Source of the DNA: Clostridia bacterium
GTDB taxonomy: Bacteria; Bacillota; Clostridia; UBA1381; UMGS1253
NCBI GenBank assembly: GCA_045652745.1
Contig: JAZRUW010000004.1
Coordinates: 24,277-88,276, forward strand
Reading direction: 5' to 3'
Length of the DNA stretch: 64,000 nt
The notes under the pieces are model-generated. The model saw only the letters and a program-made list of their open reading frames with translations. It did not search any database and was not told where the DNA came from. Both the position numbers and the translations under genes were made by a program. This document shows, piece after piece, positions 35,014 through 44,532 of this stretch; positions within the stretch are counted from its first letter, which is position 1, and every line of letters starts with the position of its first letter.

Positions 35014-36531
35014 ATGCAAAAAAGAACCTTTATCAAAAACGCTGCTATTTTAACCCTGACCTCCCTGCTTTTGCGTGCGGCCGGTATGGGGATGCGTATA
35101 TATATTGCAGGGCAAATCGGCGCCGAGGGCATGGGTTTGCACGCGCTGATTTTTACCGTCTATACTTTTGCAAGCGCCCTTGCCACCGACGGACTGAGCC
35201 TCGCCGTAACACGGCTGATGGCGCAAGATGCGCCCGCGGGCGGCAAAACGGCAATTCAAATCATATTAAAAAAGGCACTTCCGCTCGCGCTCACGCTTGG
35301 TTGCGGTGCAATGCTGTGCCTGTACATATTCGCCGATGTCCTCGCACTGTACTGGCTCTCGGACAGCCGCGCAGCGTTGTCCTTGCGGATTTTGTCGCTC
35401 GGTTTACCGTTTATGTCCGTCAGCGCATGCTTTAAAGGCTATTTTATGGCACGGCGCAACGCCAAAACGCCGTCGGATTCCCAGTTACTCGAACAAATCA
35501 TCCGCATTCTCGCCGTATGCCTTTTACTGCGTCCGATGGCTATGCGCGGCCTTGGTTATGCCTGTGCCGCCATTGTGCTCGGCAACGCGGTCAGCGAGAT
35601 TGCCGCCTGCATCTATTTGGCGGTCGGCTATAAAAAAGACGAAAAAAATCTTACGGCGTACACGCACAAAACCGCTTCCGTTTTTCCGCGCCTGCTTGCC
35701 GTATTTTTGCCCGTTGCCGTTACGGGACACATCAACACCGCGCTGCACACGGCGGAAAATCTGCTTGTACCGCAGGCGCTGACAAAATTTTCCCGCGACA
35801 ATACGCTCGCCGTTTCCCAATTCGGAATGCTCAAGGGCATGGCGATTCCCGCTCTGTTTTTTCCTGCATCCTTTTTAAACGCTCTGTCGGCACTTTTAGT
35901 CCCAGAATTATCGGAGTATGATGCAAAAAAACAAAAAAGCGGCATCGCCCGCGCTACGTTTCTGTCCCTGCGCATCACCTTTATCTCTGCGCTATTAATT
36001 GCAGGTGTATTTATGACTTACCCAAGCGAAATCGCCAACCTGCTCTACAAAGACGCGCGTGTCGGTTATCTGCTTGTGTTCCTTGCGCCGGTGCTTCCCT
36101 TTATGTATTTGGAAAGCATTGCCACCGGACTTTTACACGGTCTGGGACAACAGATGTCCACCCTGCGCTACAATCTGGCAAACTCTGCTCTGCGCATCTG
36201 CGCCGTACTGTTCTTTGTACCGCGCTACGGACTCGACGGTTTTTTATGGATTATGATTGCAAGCAATCTATATACCTCACTTGCGTGTCTGCGCCGCCTC
36301 ATACGCGTCAGCGGCATCCGCATCCACGCGCGGCAAATCGCTCTGCCGGTTTTGTGCTGTGCGCTTGCAATTCTGACCCTGCAAGTCTATAAACAATTCT
36401 GCACGGGCCTGTATGCAATACTCGGCGGCATCGCTCTGTTTTGCGGCATCTTTATGCTGTTTGCCGTCCTCAGCGGCACCGTTACACCGGCTGATTTTGC
36501 ACAACTTAAGCAAATCAGAAAGAAGCGGTGA
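35014..36531 (+). CDS. MOP-superfamily flippase (SpoVB / polysaccharide biosynthesis protein-like)
   Basis: 505 aa, about 14 TM segments. The N-terminus FIKNAAILTLTSLLLRAAGMGMRIYIAGQIGAEGMG is typical of SpoVB/MurJ-like proteins. Confidence 0.8.
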   Translation: MQKRTFIKNAAILTLTSLLLRAAGMGMRIYIAGQIGAEGMGLHALIFTVYTFASALATDGLSLAVTRLMAQDAPAGGKTAIQIILKKALPLALTLGCGAMLCLYIFADVLALYWLSDSRAALSLRILSLGLPFMSVSACFKGYFMARRNAKTPSDSQLLEQIIRILAVCLLLRPMAMRGLGYACAAIVLGNAVSEIAACIYLAVGYKKDEKNLTAYTHKTASVFPRLLAVFLPVAVTGHINTALHTAENLLVPQALTKFSRDNTLAVSQFGMLKGMAIPALFFPASFLNALSALLVPELSEYDAKKQKSGIARATFLSLRITFISALLIAGVFMTYPSEIANLLYKDARVGYLLVFLAPVLPFMYLESIATGLLHGLGQQMSTLRYNLANSALRICAVLFFVPRYGLDGFLWIMIASNLYTSLACLRRLIRVSGIRIHARQIALPVLCCALAILTLQVYKQFCTGLYAILGGIALFCGIFMLFAVLSGTVTPADFAQLKQIRKKR

Positions 36532-36558
36532 ATTTCAACAATTCACCGCTTCTTTTTA
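36522..36558. terminator. bidirectional intrinsic terminator
   Basis: 13-bp stem GAAGCGGTGAATT / AATTCACCGCTTC followed by TTTTTAT. Confidence 0.65.
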
Positions 36559-36720
36559 TAAAATACTGTATTCAAAATTTTCATATTTCAAGCGCACGCC
36601 CAAATCCGTCCCGAACGGCAAAAGCGCAAGCGCAATAAACAACTCGCTGCCGTCTGCCTCATTTTTTAAAACGGCATATTCGCCTTCGATTCTGGCGACC
36701 GTATAAATTTTCTCTTCCAC
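36556..36720 (-). CDS. DUF3006-like small protein (54 aa)
   Basis: GTG start 7 nt after GAGGAGAG. VEEKIYTVARIEGEYAVLKNEADGSELFIALALLPFGTDLGVRLKYENFEYSIL resembles DUF3006. It is below the ORF-track cut-off. Confidence 0.55.
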   Translation of the reverse strand: MEEKIYTVARIEGEYAVLKNEADGSELFIALALLPFGTDLGVRLKYENFEYSIL

Positions 36721-36738
36721 GCTGTCATCTCTCCTCAG

Positions 36739-37650
36739 CTAAAATGATTTGCGAATATACTCACAGGCCGCAAGCGCCGCCACCGCGCCGTCGGCCGCCG
36801 CAGTTACGAGCTGACGAATTTGCTTTGTGCGGCAGTCGCCTGCCGCAAAAATCCCGTCCGCACTCGTCTTACAATCCTCACCGGCTACAATATAGCCGTA
36901 ATCGTCGAGTTCCGCTAAACCTTCGGCAATCTGAGTTGCCGGAACTTGCCCTACCGCAACAAACACGCCGTCAAGCACAAGGTTTGTCACCTCTCCGGTT
37001 ACCTTGTTTTTCACCGTAACCCCCGTCAGCTTGTCCGTACCCTCCACCGTTTCCACCACGCTGTCAAGCACAAATTCTATATTTGTCTTTTCACGCAAAA
37101 TCGCCAGTTTCGCCTCTTCTGCGCGAAAACCCTGTCTGCGGTGAATTAAATATACCTTATTACAGTAGTCCGTCAAAAACAGCGCATCGTCAATGGCAGT
37201 ATTGCCGCCGCCGACCACCGCAACATCCTTACCGCGGAAAAATGCACCGTCACACGTTGCGCAGTACGAAATACCGCGTCCCGTAAACTTTTCTTCGCCA
37301 TCCACCCCGAGCGGACGGTTCTTCGCGCCGACCGCCAAAATTAAAGATTTCGCTTCAATCGTCTTACCGCGTCTGGTCTGCACGGTAAAAATATCCGTCT
37401 TTTCCACGGACACAGGCGCATCAAACATCACTTCAGCACCGAGATTTGTCGCCTGCTCAAAAAGACCGGTCGCATAATCCACGCCGGAAACCTTGGCAAT
37501 GCCCGGATAGTTTTCAATCTCCAAAGTGTTTACAATCTGTCCGCCGTACACACCCTCTTCGAGCACCGCTACACTTCTGCCGGCGCGCACACCGTAGATA
37601 GCCGCCGTAAGGCCCGCCGTACCGGCACCGAATATCAAAATATCATACAT
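36739..37650 (-). CDS. trxB: thioredoxin-disulfide reductase
   Basis: FAD motif ILIFGAGTAG, redox-active CATCDG, and NADPH motif VVGGGNTA. Confidence 0.93.
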   Translation of the reverse strand: MYDILIFGAGTAGLTAAIYGVRAGRSVAVLEEGVYGGQIVNTLEIENYPGIAKVSGVDYATGLFEQATNLGAEVMFDAPVSVEKTDIFTVQTRRGKTIEAKSLILAVGAKNRPLGVDGEEKFTGRGISYCATCDGAFFRGKDVAVVGGGNTAIDDALFLTDYCNKVYLIHRRQGFRAEEAKLAILREKTNIEFVLDSVVETVEGTDKLTGVTVKNKVTGEVTNLVLDGVFVAVGQVPATQIAEGLAELDDYGYIVAGEDCKTSADGIFAAGDCRTKQIRQLVTAAADGAVAALAACEYIRKSF

Positions 37651-37846
37651 ACTTCTTCCTCTTTTCAAGTTTACTTTCCTTTTATTATACCCAATTTTAA
37701 TGCAAATTTCAATCCGTTTTATTGACTTTTCCGAAAACGAATATTTAATTTCTAAAAACAGATGACATCCTAATGGGGGCGTGACTCCTCCGGACTTATG
37801 AATACGGCAGAATTTTTCTGCGATATTTTTTCGCTAAATTTGTCGA

Positions 37847-37862
37847 AAATTGTCGACAATTT
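37847..37862. promoter_or_regulatory. perfect 16-bp palindrome overlapping the -35 of the downstream gene (candidate operator)
   Basis: AAATTGTCGACAATTT. The -10 TATAAT lies at 37876-37881. A half-site-like TTTGTCGAAAA lies immediately upstream. Confidence 0.35.
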
Positions 37863-37914
37863 TCCTTTTCTCCTTTATAATGAAATTATACTACAAACAC
37901 AAAGGAGAAACACC

Positions 37915-39198
37915 ATGAACAATACACTTGAAATCTCCAGAGAGGATTTGCTTGAGTCCATCGGCGCGGTGCGCCCGCCAAAACCGCCCAAAAGGCGAAA
38001 AAGACACTTCCCTTGGCACCTTGTTTTACTCGCACTCGGTGTGCTTGTTGTAATTGCGGCCATTATTTTCGGCATCCACAGCTACACGCAAAACGGAGGA
38101 CAGTCTGCCGCCGACAAGTTGCAGGCAACGCTTCAAGAAGCACAAACGCTCGCCAACGGTTATTTTTACGATGAAGCGCTGACGCTGCTTTCCGACTCCA
38201 AGTACGCCGAAAAAGAAGCCGCACTTGCCTTAAAGCAAGAAATCGAAGCAGCAAAAGCGGCGCTTGTCCCCTATGACGGACAGTATTATCACGTCTTTTT
38301 CCACAGCCTGATTATCTATCCCGAGCTTGCCTTTGACGGGGATTACAAACACGAGGGTTACGATATGTGGATGACAACGGTTTCCGAATTTAAGGCGATG
38401 CTGCCCCAGCTCTACGAACGCGGCTTTATCCTCTATCCGCTCGACCAAGTCAAAGCAGACGGCGAAATACTGCTGCCGCCGGGCAAAAAGCCGCTCATCG
38501 TTTCCATCGATGATGTAAACTACTACGAATATATGAAGGGCGACGGATTTGCCGACAGGCTCGTCATCAACGACGAGGGCAACCTCGCATGTGAAGTCAC
38601 CACGCCGACCGGCGAAGTTATCACCACCTACGACGGCGATGTAATGCCGATTTTAGATGAATTTGTGCGCGAGCATCCGGACTTTTCCTGGCGCGGTGCC
38701 AAGGGCGTTGTCGCCGTAACCGGCTATGAGGGCGTATTCGGCTACCGCACCGTAAAACTCGAAGGCGAAGCGCAAGAAAAAGCAAAGTCCGATGCGCTCA
38801 TCATTTCGCAAAAACTGCTCGATACCGGTTGGCTTCTGGCCTGCCACAGTTACACGCACAACGACTATTTCCGCGACGGCGGTGTGGAAATGGAAGATTT
38901 GACTTATGACACCAACCGCTTTAAAGAACGTATTGCGGATTTGATTTTCAATACAAACATCTATATTAGTCCGTTCGGCTATTTCCTGTCGGAGGGCGAC
39001 GAGCGTCTGGCGTATATGAAGAACATGGGCTATACCGTCTTCTGTCCGGTCAGTCCGGCAATGCGCACCTACGAAACGGACGAGGGCGTGCTCTTCTCCG
39101 AACGCTTTAACCTCGACCGCTACAATATGCGTGCAAAAAAGGAGTATATCAACGAAACTTTCTTTGATGTAGACAGCGTATACTACCAAATGCCGTAA
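37915..39198 (+). CDS. membrane-anchored polysaccharide deacetylase-like protein
   Basis: N-terminal TM segment. SIDDVNYYEY and LACHSYTHNDYF resemble NodB-type deacetylase motifs. AAAGGAGAAA RBS precedes ATG 37915. Confidence 0.6.
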   Translation: MNNTLEISREDLLESIGAVRPPKPPKRRKRHFPWHLVLLALGVLVVIAAIIFGIHSYTQNGGQSAADKLQATLQEAQTLANGYFYDEALTLLSDSKYAEKEAALALKQEIEAAKAALVPYDGQYYHVFFHSLIIYPELAFDGDYKHEGYDMWMTTVSEFKAMLPQLYERGFILYPLDQVKADGEILLPPGKKPLIVSIDDVNYYEYMKGDGFADRLVINDEGNLACEVTTPTGEVITTYDGDVMPILDEFVREHPDFSWRGAKGVVAVTGYEGVFGYRTVKLEGEAQEKAKSDALIISQKLLDTGWLLACHSYTHNDYFRDGGVEMEDLTYDTNRFKERIADLIFNTNIYISPFGYFLSEGDERLAYMKNMGYTVFCPVSPAMRTYETDEGVLFSERFNLDRYNMRAKKEYINETFFDVDSVYYQMP

Positions 39199-39297
39199 CT
39201 TAACGAAGCATTCAGACCACAAGGCAATCTATTGACATCATTAGAAAAAATATTTATAATTAGTTTGCGTTATTCATGCATAAGGAGGTATTTTAAA

Positions 39298-40557
39298 ATG
39301 GCAATTCCTACACCCGCAAAATATATTGCGGATTTTGAAAAAATGGGTCTCGGTATGTTCGTGCACTGGGGTCTTTATTCCCAAATCGGTAAAGGCGAAT
39401 GGATCTGGGCACACCGCGATGATTATAAAGACGTACCGCAAACAATGGAAGAGTACAAAAAACTCGCCGACACCTTTACGGCAGAGGATTTTGATGCAGA
39501 AGCACTTGTGTTGACCGCAAAAAAAGCCGGTTGTAAATACATCACGCTGACAACGCGCCACCACGAGGGCTTTTCACTCTACGACACCTGTGGTCTTTGC
39601 GATTTTGATGCACCGCATTCCGCGGCAAAGCGCGACCTTATCCGTGAATTTGTAGACGCCTGCAACAAACACGGCATTATGCCGATGTTTTACCACACAA
39701 CGCTCGACTGGTATCAACCGGATTTTGAAGAAAACTTCGATGCCTATCTGGAATATTTAAGAAAAAGCGTTGAAGTGCTTTGCACCAACTACGGAAAAAT
39801 CGGCGGTCTTTGGTTCGATGGCAACTGGTCGAAGCGCGACGCGGACTGGAAAGAAAGCGAACTTTACGCAACCATCCGCAAACATCAACCGGAAGCGCTC
39901 ATTATTAACAACACCGGTTTGGGCAACTTGGGTAAAACCGGCCATCCGGAAATCGACTCCGTAACCTATGAACAAGGTGCGGCAACTCCGTTAAATCGTG
40001 AGGGCATGGAAAAATACGTTGCAGCAGAAACCTGTATGACCATCAACAACCACTGGGGCATCGGTGCTATGGACTTTAACTACAAATCGCCGAAAGAGTT
40101 AATTGAAACTCTTTGTGCATGCAGAAAAGTTGGCGCAAACTACCTTTTAAATATTGGGCCGACGGCGCAGGGCGGCGTTGATACTTACCAGCGCGAACTT
40201 TTGGGCGTGCTCGGCAAATGGATGGATATTTATGGCGAAGCCATCTACGAGGGCAAGCCGTATCCGGCACGCAGCATGGGTAAAAACTTTGTCTTAAAAG
40301 GCGAGGATTGTCTGTATTTCTTCTTCCACGACCTCGCCCGCGGCGGCAACGCAAATGTTGTTGCATACCGAAACGGTTCCTACTTTGGTCCAACTGCCTT
40401 CGATAATGTGACAGATGAAATCGCATCCGTTGAATGGATGGACAACGGGGAAAAATTAAGTTTTGCGCAATGCGACAAGATGCTTACTATAAACGCAACC
40501 GGCTTCCCTTATGGTATGTCCACCTGCGTTCGCGTAGCAAAGGCAAAATTAAAATAA
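39298..40557 (+). CDS. alpha-L-fucosidase (GH29)
   Basis: GLGMFVHWGLYS, TTRHHEGFSLYDT and LWFDGNW are GH29 motifs. AAGGAGG RBS. Confidence 0.9.
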   Translation: MAIPTPAKYIADFEKMGLGMFVHWGLYSQIGKGEWIWAHRDDYKDVPQTMEEYKKLADTFTAEDFDAEALVLTAKKAGCKYITLTTRHHEGFSLYDTCGLCDFDAPHSAAKRDLIREFVDACNKHGIMPMFYHTTLDWYQPDFEENFDAYLEYLRKSVEVLCTNYGKIGGLWFDGNWSKRDADWKESELYATIRKHQPEALIINNTGLGNLGKTGHPEIDSVTYEQGAATPLNREGMEKYVAAETCMTINNHWGIGAMDFNYKSPKELIETLCACRKVGANYLLNIGPTAQGGVDTYQRELLGVLGKWMDIYGEAIYEGKPYPARSMGKNFVLKGEDCLYFFFHDLARGGNANVVAYRNGSYFGPTAFDNVTDEIASVEWMDNGEKLSFAQCDKMLTINATGFPYGMSTCVRVAKAKLK

Positions 40558-40570
40558 TTAAAAACTCAAT

Positions 40571-40607
40571 AAAAAAAGCGTTTTCTCTACGGAGAAAACG
40601 CTTTTTT
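40571..40607. terminator. bidirectional intrinsic terminator
   Basis: AGCGTTTTCTC-tacg-GAGAAAACGCT flanked by A7 and T6. Confidence 0.7.
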
Positions 40608-40619
40608 GCTTTAATGAAA

Positions 40620-41567
40620 TTATTTCTTTGCAATAAGAGCCTTTGCCGCTTTTTCAATGTGCGGTGCGCTCATCTCAAATTCATTAAGCAACTGCATCGG
40701 CTCACCGGAGCAACCAAAGGTGTCCTTTACGCCGATAATGTCCATAATCGTCGGGCAATTCTTGGAAAGTGTTTCTGCAACCGCGCCGCCGAGACCGCCG
40801 AGTACGTTATGCTCTTCGCATACCAATACTGCGCCGCACTTCTTTGCAGACTCAATCACCAGTTCTTCGTCAAGCGGTTTAATTGTAGCAATGTCTACCA
40901 ATCTTACGCTAATGCCCTGCGCTTCCAAAGCATCTGCCGCTTTTACTGCCTCATGGAGCAAAAGACCGGAACCGATAATTGCGATGTCACTGCCTTCACG
41001 CAAAACTCTGCCCTTACCGATTTCAAATGTGCCGTACTCATCCGGATCAAACAAAATCGGCATAGCCAGACGGCAAACACGCAGATACACCGGACCATCG
41101 TAGTCCGCGATTGCACGCAACGCTGCTTTGGTTTCCGTGCCGTCTGCCGGAGAAATTACAGTCATATTCGGCATTGCACGCATCAGCGCAACGTCTTCAA
41201 CACATTGATGCGAAGCACCGTCCTCACCAACGGTGAGACCTGCATGCGAACCAACCACGCAAACACCCAGGTTCGGGTATGCGATAGAGTTTCTAATCTG
41301 CTCATAGGCTCTGCCGGAAGAAAACATTGCAAAGGAAGCCGCAAATACTTTTTTACCGGCGGAAGCAAGACCTGCCGCCGTTGTCATCATGTTGCCCTCT
41401 GCAATACCGCAGTTTACAAAACGTTCCGGATATTTTTCTTTAAATATGTAGGTCATGGTGGACTTGCTGAGGTCTGCATCCAAAACCACAATATCTTCTC
41501 TGCCGCCAATCTCGGCAAGCTCTTCACCAAACGCAAGTCTGGTTGCAATCGGTTTTAATTCTGCCAT
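40620..41567 (-). CDS. transketolase, C-terminal (pyrimidine-binding) subunit
   Basis: Split-transketolase C-terminal half (FVNCGIAEGNMM...). Adjacent to the N-terminal subunit. Confidence 0.93.
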   Translation of the reverse strand: MAELKPIATRLAFGEELAEIGGREDIVVLDADLSKSTMTYIFKEKYPERFVNCGIAEGNMMTTAAGLASAGKKVFAASFAMFSSGRAYEQIRNSIAYPNLGVCVVGSHAGLTVGEDGASHQCVEDVALMRAMPNMTVISPADGTETKAALRAIADYDGPVYLRVCRLAMPILFDPDEYGTFEIGKGRVLREGSDIAIIGSGLLLHEAVKAADALEAQGISVRLVDIATIKPLDEELVIESAKKCGAVLVCEEHNVLGGLGGAVAETLSKNCPTIMDIIGVKDTFGCSGEPMQLLNEFEMSAPHIEKAAKALIAKK

Positions 41568-41569
41568 AA

Positions 41570-42415
41570 TTAAAGCGCCTCCAATTCTTTATCGATGGCT
41601 TCCAAATCAGCCATAGCCTTATTGTATTCGTCTTCGCTCGGTGCCTTACCGTGCCAGCCGTAGTTGTTTTCCATGAAGGAAACGCCCTTACCCTTAATTG
41701 TAGAGCAGATAACCGCTGTCGGCTTGCCCTTTACGGTCTTAGCCTCTGCAATTGCATTAGAAATTGCCTCGAGATCGTGACCGTCGATGCAAATTACATG
41801 GAAACCGAATGCCTTATACTTTTCATCAATCGGATGCGGATTCATTACGGTGCGGATATCACCGTCAATCTGCAGATTGTTGTTGTCGATAAAAATTGTA
41901 AGATTATCGAGCTTGTGATGTGCCGCAAACATTGCTGCTTCCCAAACTTCGCCTTCCTCAATTTCACCGTCACCGAGCGCCGCATATACACGGTAATCGG
42001 AGCCGTCAATCTTTGCAGCCTTTGCCATACCGCCTGCAGCCGCAACGCCCTGACCGAGCGAGCCTGTAGACATATCTACGCCCGGCACACCCTTCATATC
42101 CGGGTGACCCTGCAGGAAATGACCGAATTTACGCAAGTTTACGATCTCTGCCGGATCAAAAAATCCACGCTCTGCCAGTACGCCGTACAGCGCCGGTGCA
42201 CAATGACCCTTCGAAAGCACGAAACGGTCACGCTTCGGATCCTTCGGGTTGGTCGGGTCCACATTCATTTCATCAAAATACAATACGGTCAGCACGTCTG
42301 CAATCGACAGCGAGCCGCCCGGATGGCCGCATTTCGCACTGTAAACACCTGTTAAGATGCTTTTACGAACGCGGTTGGCAACCTGTGCCAGTTCTTTTAC
42401 TCTTTCCGGTTTCAT
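41570..42415 (-). CDS. transketolase, N-terminal (TPP-binding) subunit
   Basis: GHPGGSLS, SKGHCAPALY and GDGEIEEG are TPP-binding motifs. Confidence 0.93.
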   Translation of the reverse strand: MKPERVKELAQVANRVRKSILTGVYSAKCGHPGGSLSIADVLTVLYFDEMNVDPTNPKDPKRDRFVLSKGHCAPALYGVLAERGFFDPAEIVNLRKFGHFLQGHPDMKGVPGVDMSTGSLGQGVAAAGGMAKAAKIDGSDYRVYAALGDGEIEEGEVWEAAMFAAHHKLDNLTIFIDNNNLQIDGDIRTVMNPHPIDEKYKAFGFHVICIDGHDLEAISNAIAEAKTVKGKPTAVICSTIKGKGVSFMENNYGWHGKAPSEDEYNKAMADLEAIDKELEAL

Positions 42416-42451
42416 ACCAGATTCCTCCTCAGTTTAGTATATATTTGAAAA

Positions 42452-42868
42452 CTAAATTGTTTCCTGTGTTTGTGCCGCCTCGAAAGCCAAACTCAAAATT
42501 TCACTAAGCCGCTCGGGCGTATCCTTTAAATATAAATATCCTAAAAGTGCTTCAAAGCCCGTTGCCGCACGGTAATCGGACACGCGCGCATTTTTCGGCA
42601 CCGTTGCACTGTGTGCATTGCGTCCGCGCTTGAAGACCGCAACTTCGTCTTCCGAAAGCACATCCATAATGGCATAAACGCTTTTTGCCTGCGCCGCCGC
42701 CTTGACATAGGACGTCGCCGTTTTATGTATGGTGTTGGTCGGAAGCGACCCACCCGCACTCAAACGTGTACGCACATATAAATCATATACGCTGTCGCCG
42801 ATAATCGCAAGCGTCAGCGGTGCATAAAGCTGCGGATTTTCAATCCCCAGTTCTGAAATCAGTTTCAT
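42452..42868 (-). CDS. mrnC: Mini-ribonuclease 3
   Basis: LAIIGDSVYDLYVR is an RNase III-like signature without a dsRBD. 138 aa, downstream of cysS as in Bacillus yazC. Confidence 0.88.
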   Translation of the reverse strand: MKLISELGIENPQLYAPLTLAIIGDSVYDLYVRTRLSAGGSLPTNTIHKTATSYVKAAAQAKSVYAIMDVLSEDEVAVFKRGRNAHSATVPKNARVSDYRAATGFEALLGYLYLKDTPERLSEILSLAFEAAQTQETI

Positions 42869-42930
42869 AATCAGGTTCCTTTGCTATTAAAACAGACGTT
42901 CGGGGGCAGTGAAGCAGTGCGCTATCCAAA

Positions 42931-43131
42931 TCTTTCTGTCTAAAAACAGAATTTCGGATGCAGTGCTAGGCGCAGACGATGGCACAGTACGTTGGTACGG
43001 GCCATCGGTTGCAACGACGCAATTCGCAAAAATCTCGTTCTTTCTGTCTAAGAATGGAAATTTGGATGCAGTGCAAGGCGCAGACGATGGCACAGTACGT
43101 TGGTACGGGCCATCGGTTGCAACGACGCAAT
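42931..43131. repeat. tandem duplication (period 108 bp) of a 93-nt structured element between cysS and mrnC
   Basis: 42931-43023 and 43039-43131 align without gaps. The 66-nt core GGATGCAGTGC(t/a)AGGCGCAGACGATGGCACAGTACGTTGGTACGGGCCATCGGTTGCAACGACGCAAT has a single difference. Confidence 0.85.
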
Positions 43132-43140
43132 GCGCCAAAT

Positions 43141-44532
43141 TTACTTCTTAGACCATTTTACGCCTTCGCGAGTATCTTCTAAGATAATGCCCATATCCAA
43201 AAGTTTTGCACGGATGGCATCGGCGGTGGCAAAATCTTTTGCCTTTTTCGCGGCGGTGCGCTGTGCAATCAAATCCTCAATTTCAGCATCGAGGGTTTCT
43301 TCTTCCTGTGCCGTTTCCACACCGAGTACGGCGCAGAGTTCGGTTAATGTATCGAGAAGCAGGGACAGCGTTTGCTTGGTTACGTTTTCGCTTGCAGCGG
43401 TGGTGTTGGCGGTTTTGGCCAGTTCAAAAATCGAACCGATGGCTGCGGCGGTGTTGAGGTCATCATCCATCGCTTCTTTAAAGCTTGTCACGTGCTGCTC
43501 TACGAGCGTTGCCGTTTCAGCATCGAGTTCACCGTCGGCGGCATGCTCGAGTTTAAAGCGCAGGCTGGAAGCACAATTCATAAGGCGCTCAAGGCCTGCT
43601 TTTGCCTGCTGCAAAAGTGCATCGGCAAAGTTAATCGGGCTTCTGTAATGCGCAGAAAGCATGAAGAAACGAATTACGGAATAATCAAAATGCTTTACAA
43701 TATCACGAACGGTAAAGAAGTTACCGAGCGATTTACTCATTTTCACACCGTCTACATTGATGTAGCCGTTGTGGAGCCAGTAGTGCGCCAGCGGTTGGCC
43801 ATTGGCCGCTTCGCTTTGCGCGATTTCATTTTCGTGGTGCGGGAAAATCAAATCCTTACCGCCGGCATGGATGTCAATCGTTTTACCGAGATACTTGGTA
43901 GACATCGCGGAGCATTCAATGTGCCAGCCCGGTCTGCCCATGCCCCACGGACTTTCCCATGCAGGCTCGCCCGGCTTCTGCGCCTTCCAGAGCGCAAAAT
44001 CCATCGGGTCACGCTTGCGCTCGTCTACGCTGATGCGCGCGCCGGATTCCAAATCTTCGAGCGGCTGATGCGACAGTTTACCGTAGTCTTTGAATTTCTT
44101 GGTCGCATAGTACACATCGCCGTCTACCTCGTAGGCATAGCCTTCGGCAATGAGCTTTTCCACAATCTCAATAATTTCCGCAATGTGCTCGGTTGCGCGC
44201 GGATGCACGCTTGCCTCGCGGATGTTCAAGCCTTGTGCGTCTACGCGGTATTCCGCAATAAAACGGTCCGCCAGTTCACGCACGGTGATGCCTTCTTTGT
44301 TGGCACGGTTAATCATCTTGTCATCAATATCCGTAAAATTCTGCACGAAGGTTACTTTGTAACCGCTGTACTCAAAGTAGCGGCGCAGCGTATCAAACAC
44401 GATAAACGGACGCGCGTTGCCGATATGGAAAAAGTCATACACAGTCGGGCCGCAGGCATACATTTTCACCTCGCCCGGTGTAATCGGGATAAATTCTTCT
44501 TTTGCTTTGGTTAATGAGTTATATAATTTCAT
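43141..44532 (-). CDS. cysS: cysteine--tRNA ligase
   Basis: Class I motifs HIGNARP (HIGH) and KMSKS, Zn-binding cysteines, 463 aa. Confidence 0.96.
   Translation of the reverse strand: MKLYNSLTKAKEEFIPITPGEVKMYACGPTVYDFFHIGNARPFIVFDTLRRYFEYSGYKVTFVQNFTDIDDKMINRANKEGITVRELADRFIAEYRVDAQGLNIREASVHPRATEHIAEIIEIVEKLIAEGYAYEVDGDVYYATKKFKDYGKLSHQPLEDLESGARISVDERKRDPMDFALWKAQKPGEPAWESPWGMGRPGWHIECSAMSTKYLGKTIDIHAGGKDLIFPHHENEIAQSEAANGQPLAHYWLHNGYINVDGVKMSKSLGNFFTVRDIVKHFDYSVIRFFMLSAHYRSPINFADALLQQAKAGLERLMNCASSLRFKLEHAADGELDAETATLVEQHVTSFKEAMDDDLNTAAAIGSIFELAKTANTTAASENVTKQTLSLLLDTLTELCAVLGVETAQEEETLDAEIEDLIAQRTAAKKAKDFATADAIRAKLLDMGIILEDTREGVKWSKK

Noticed and set aside
40434-41558. 374-aa + strand ORF
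   Set aside because: Antisense to the transketolase C-terminal subunit. No recognisable motifs.
42887-43151. 83-aa (-) and 80-aa (+) ORFs with internal repeats
   Set aside because: Both are read through the 108-bp tandem DNA repeat, and ORFs on both strands are equally open. There is no RBS. I interpret this as a non-coding structured repeat.
43372-44514. 380-aa + strand ORF
   Set aside because: Antisense to cysS, which has clear HIGH and KMSKS motifs.
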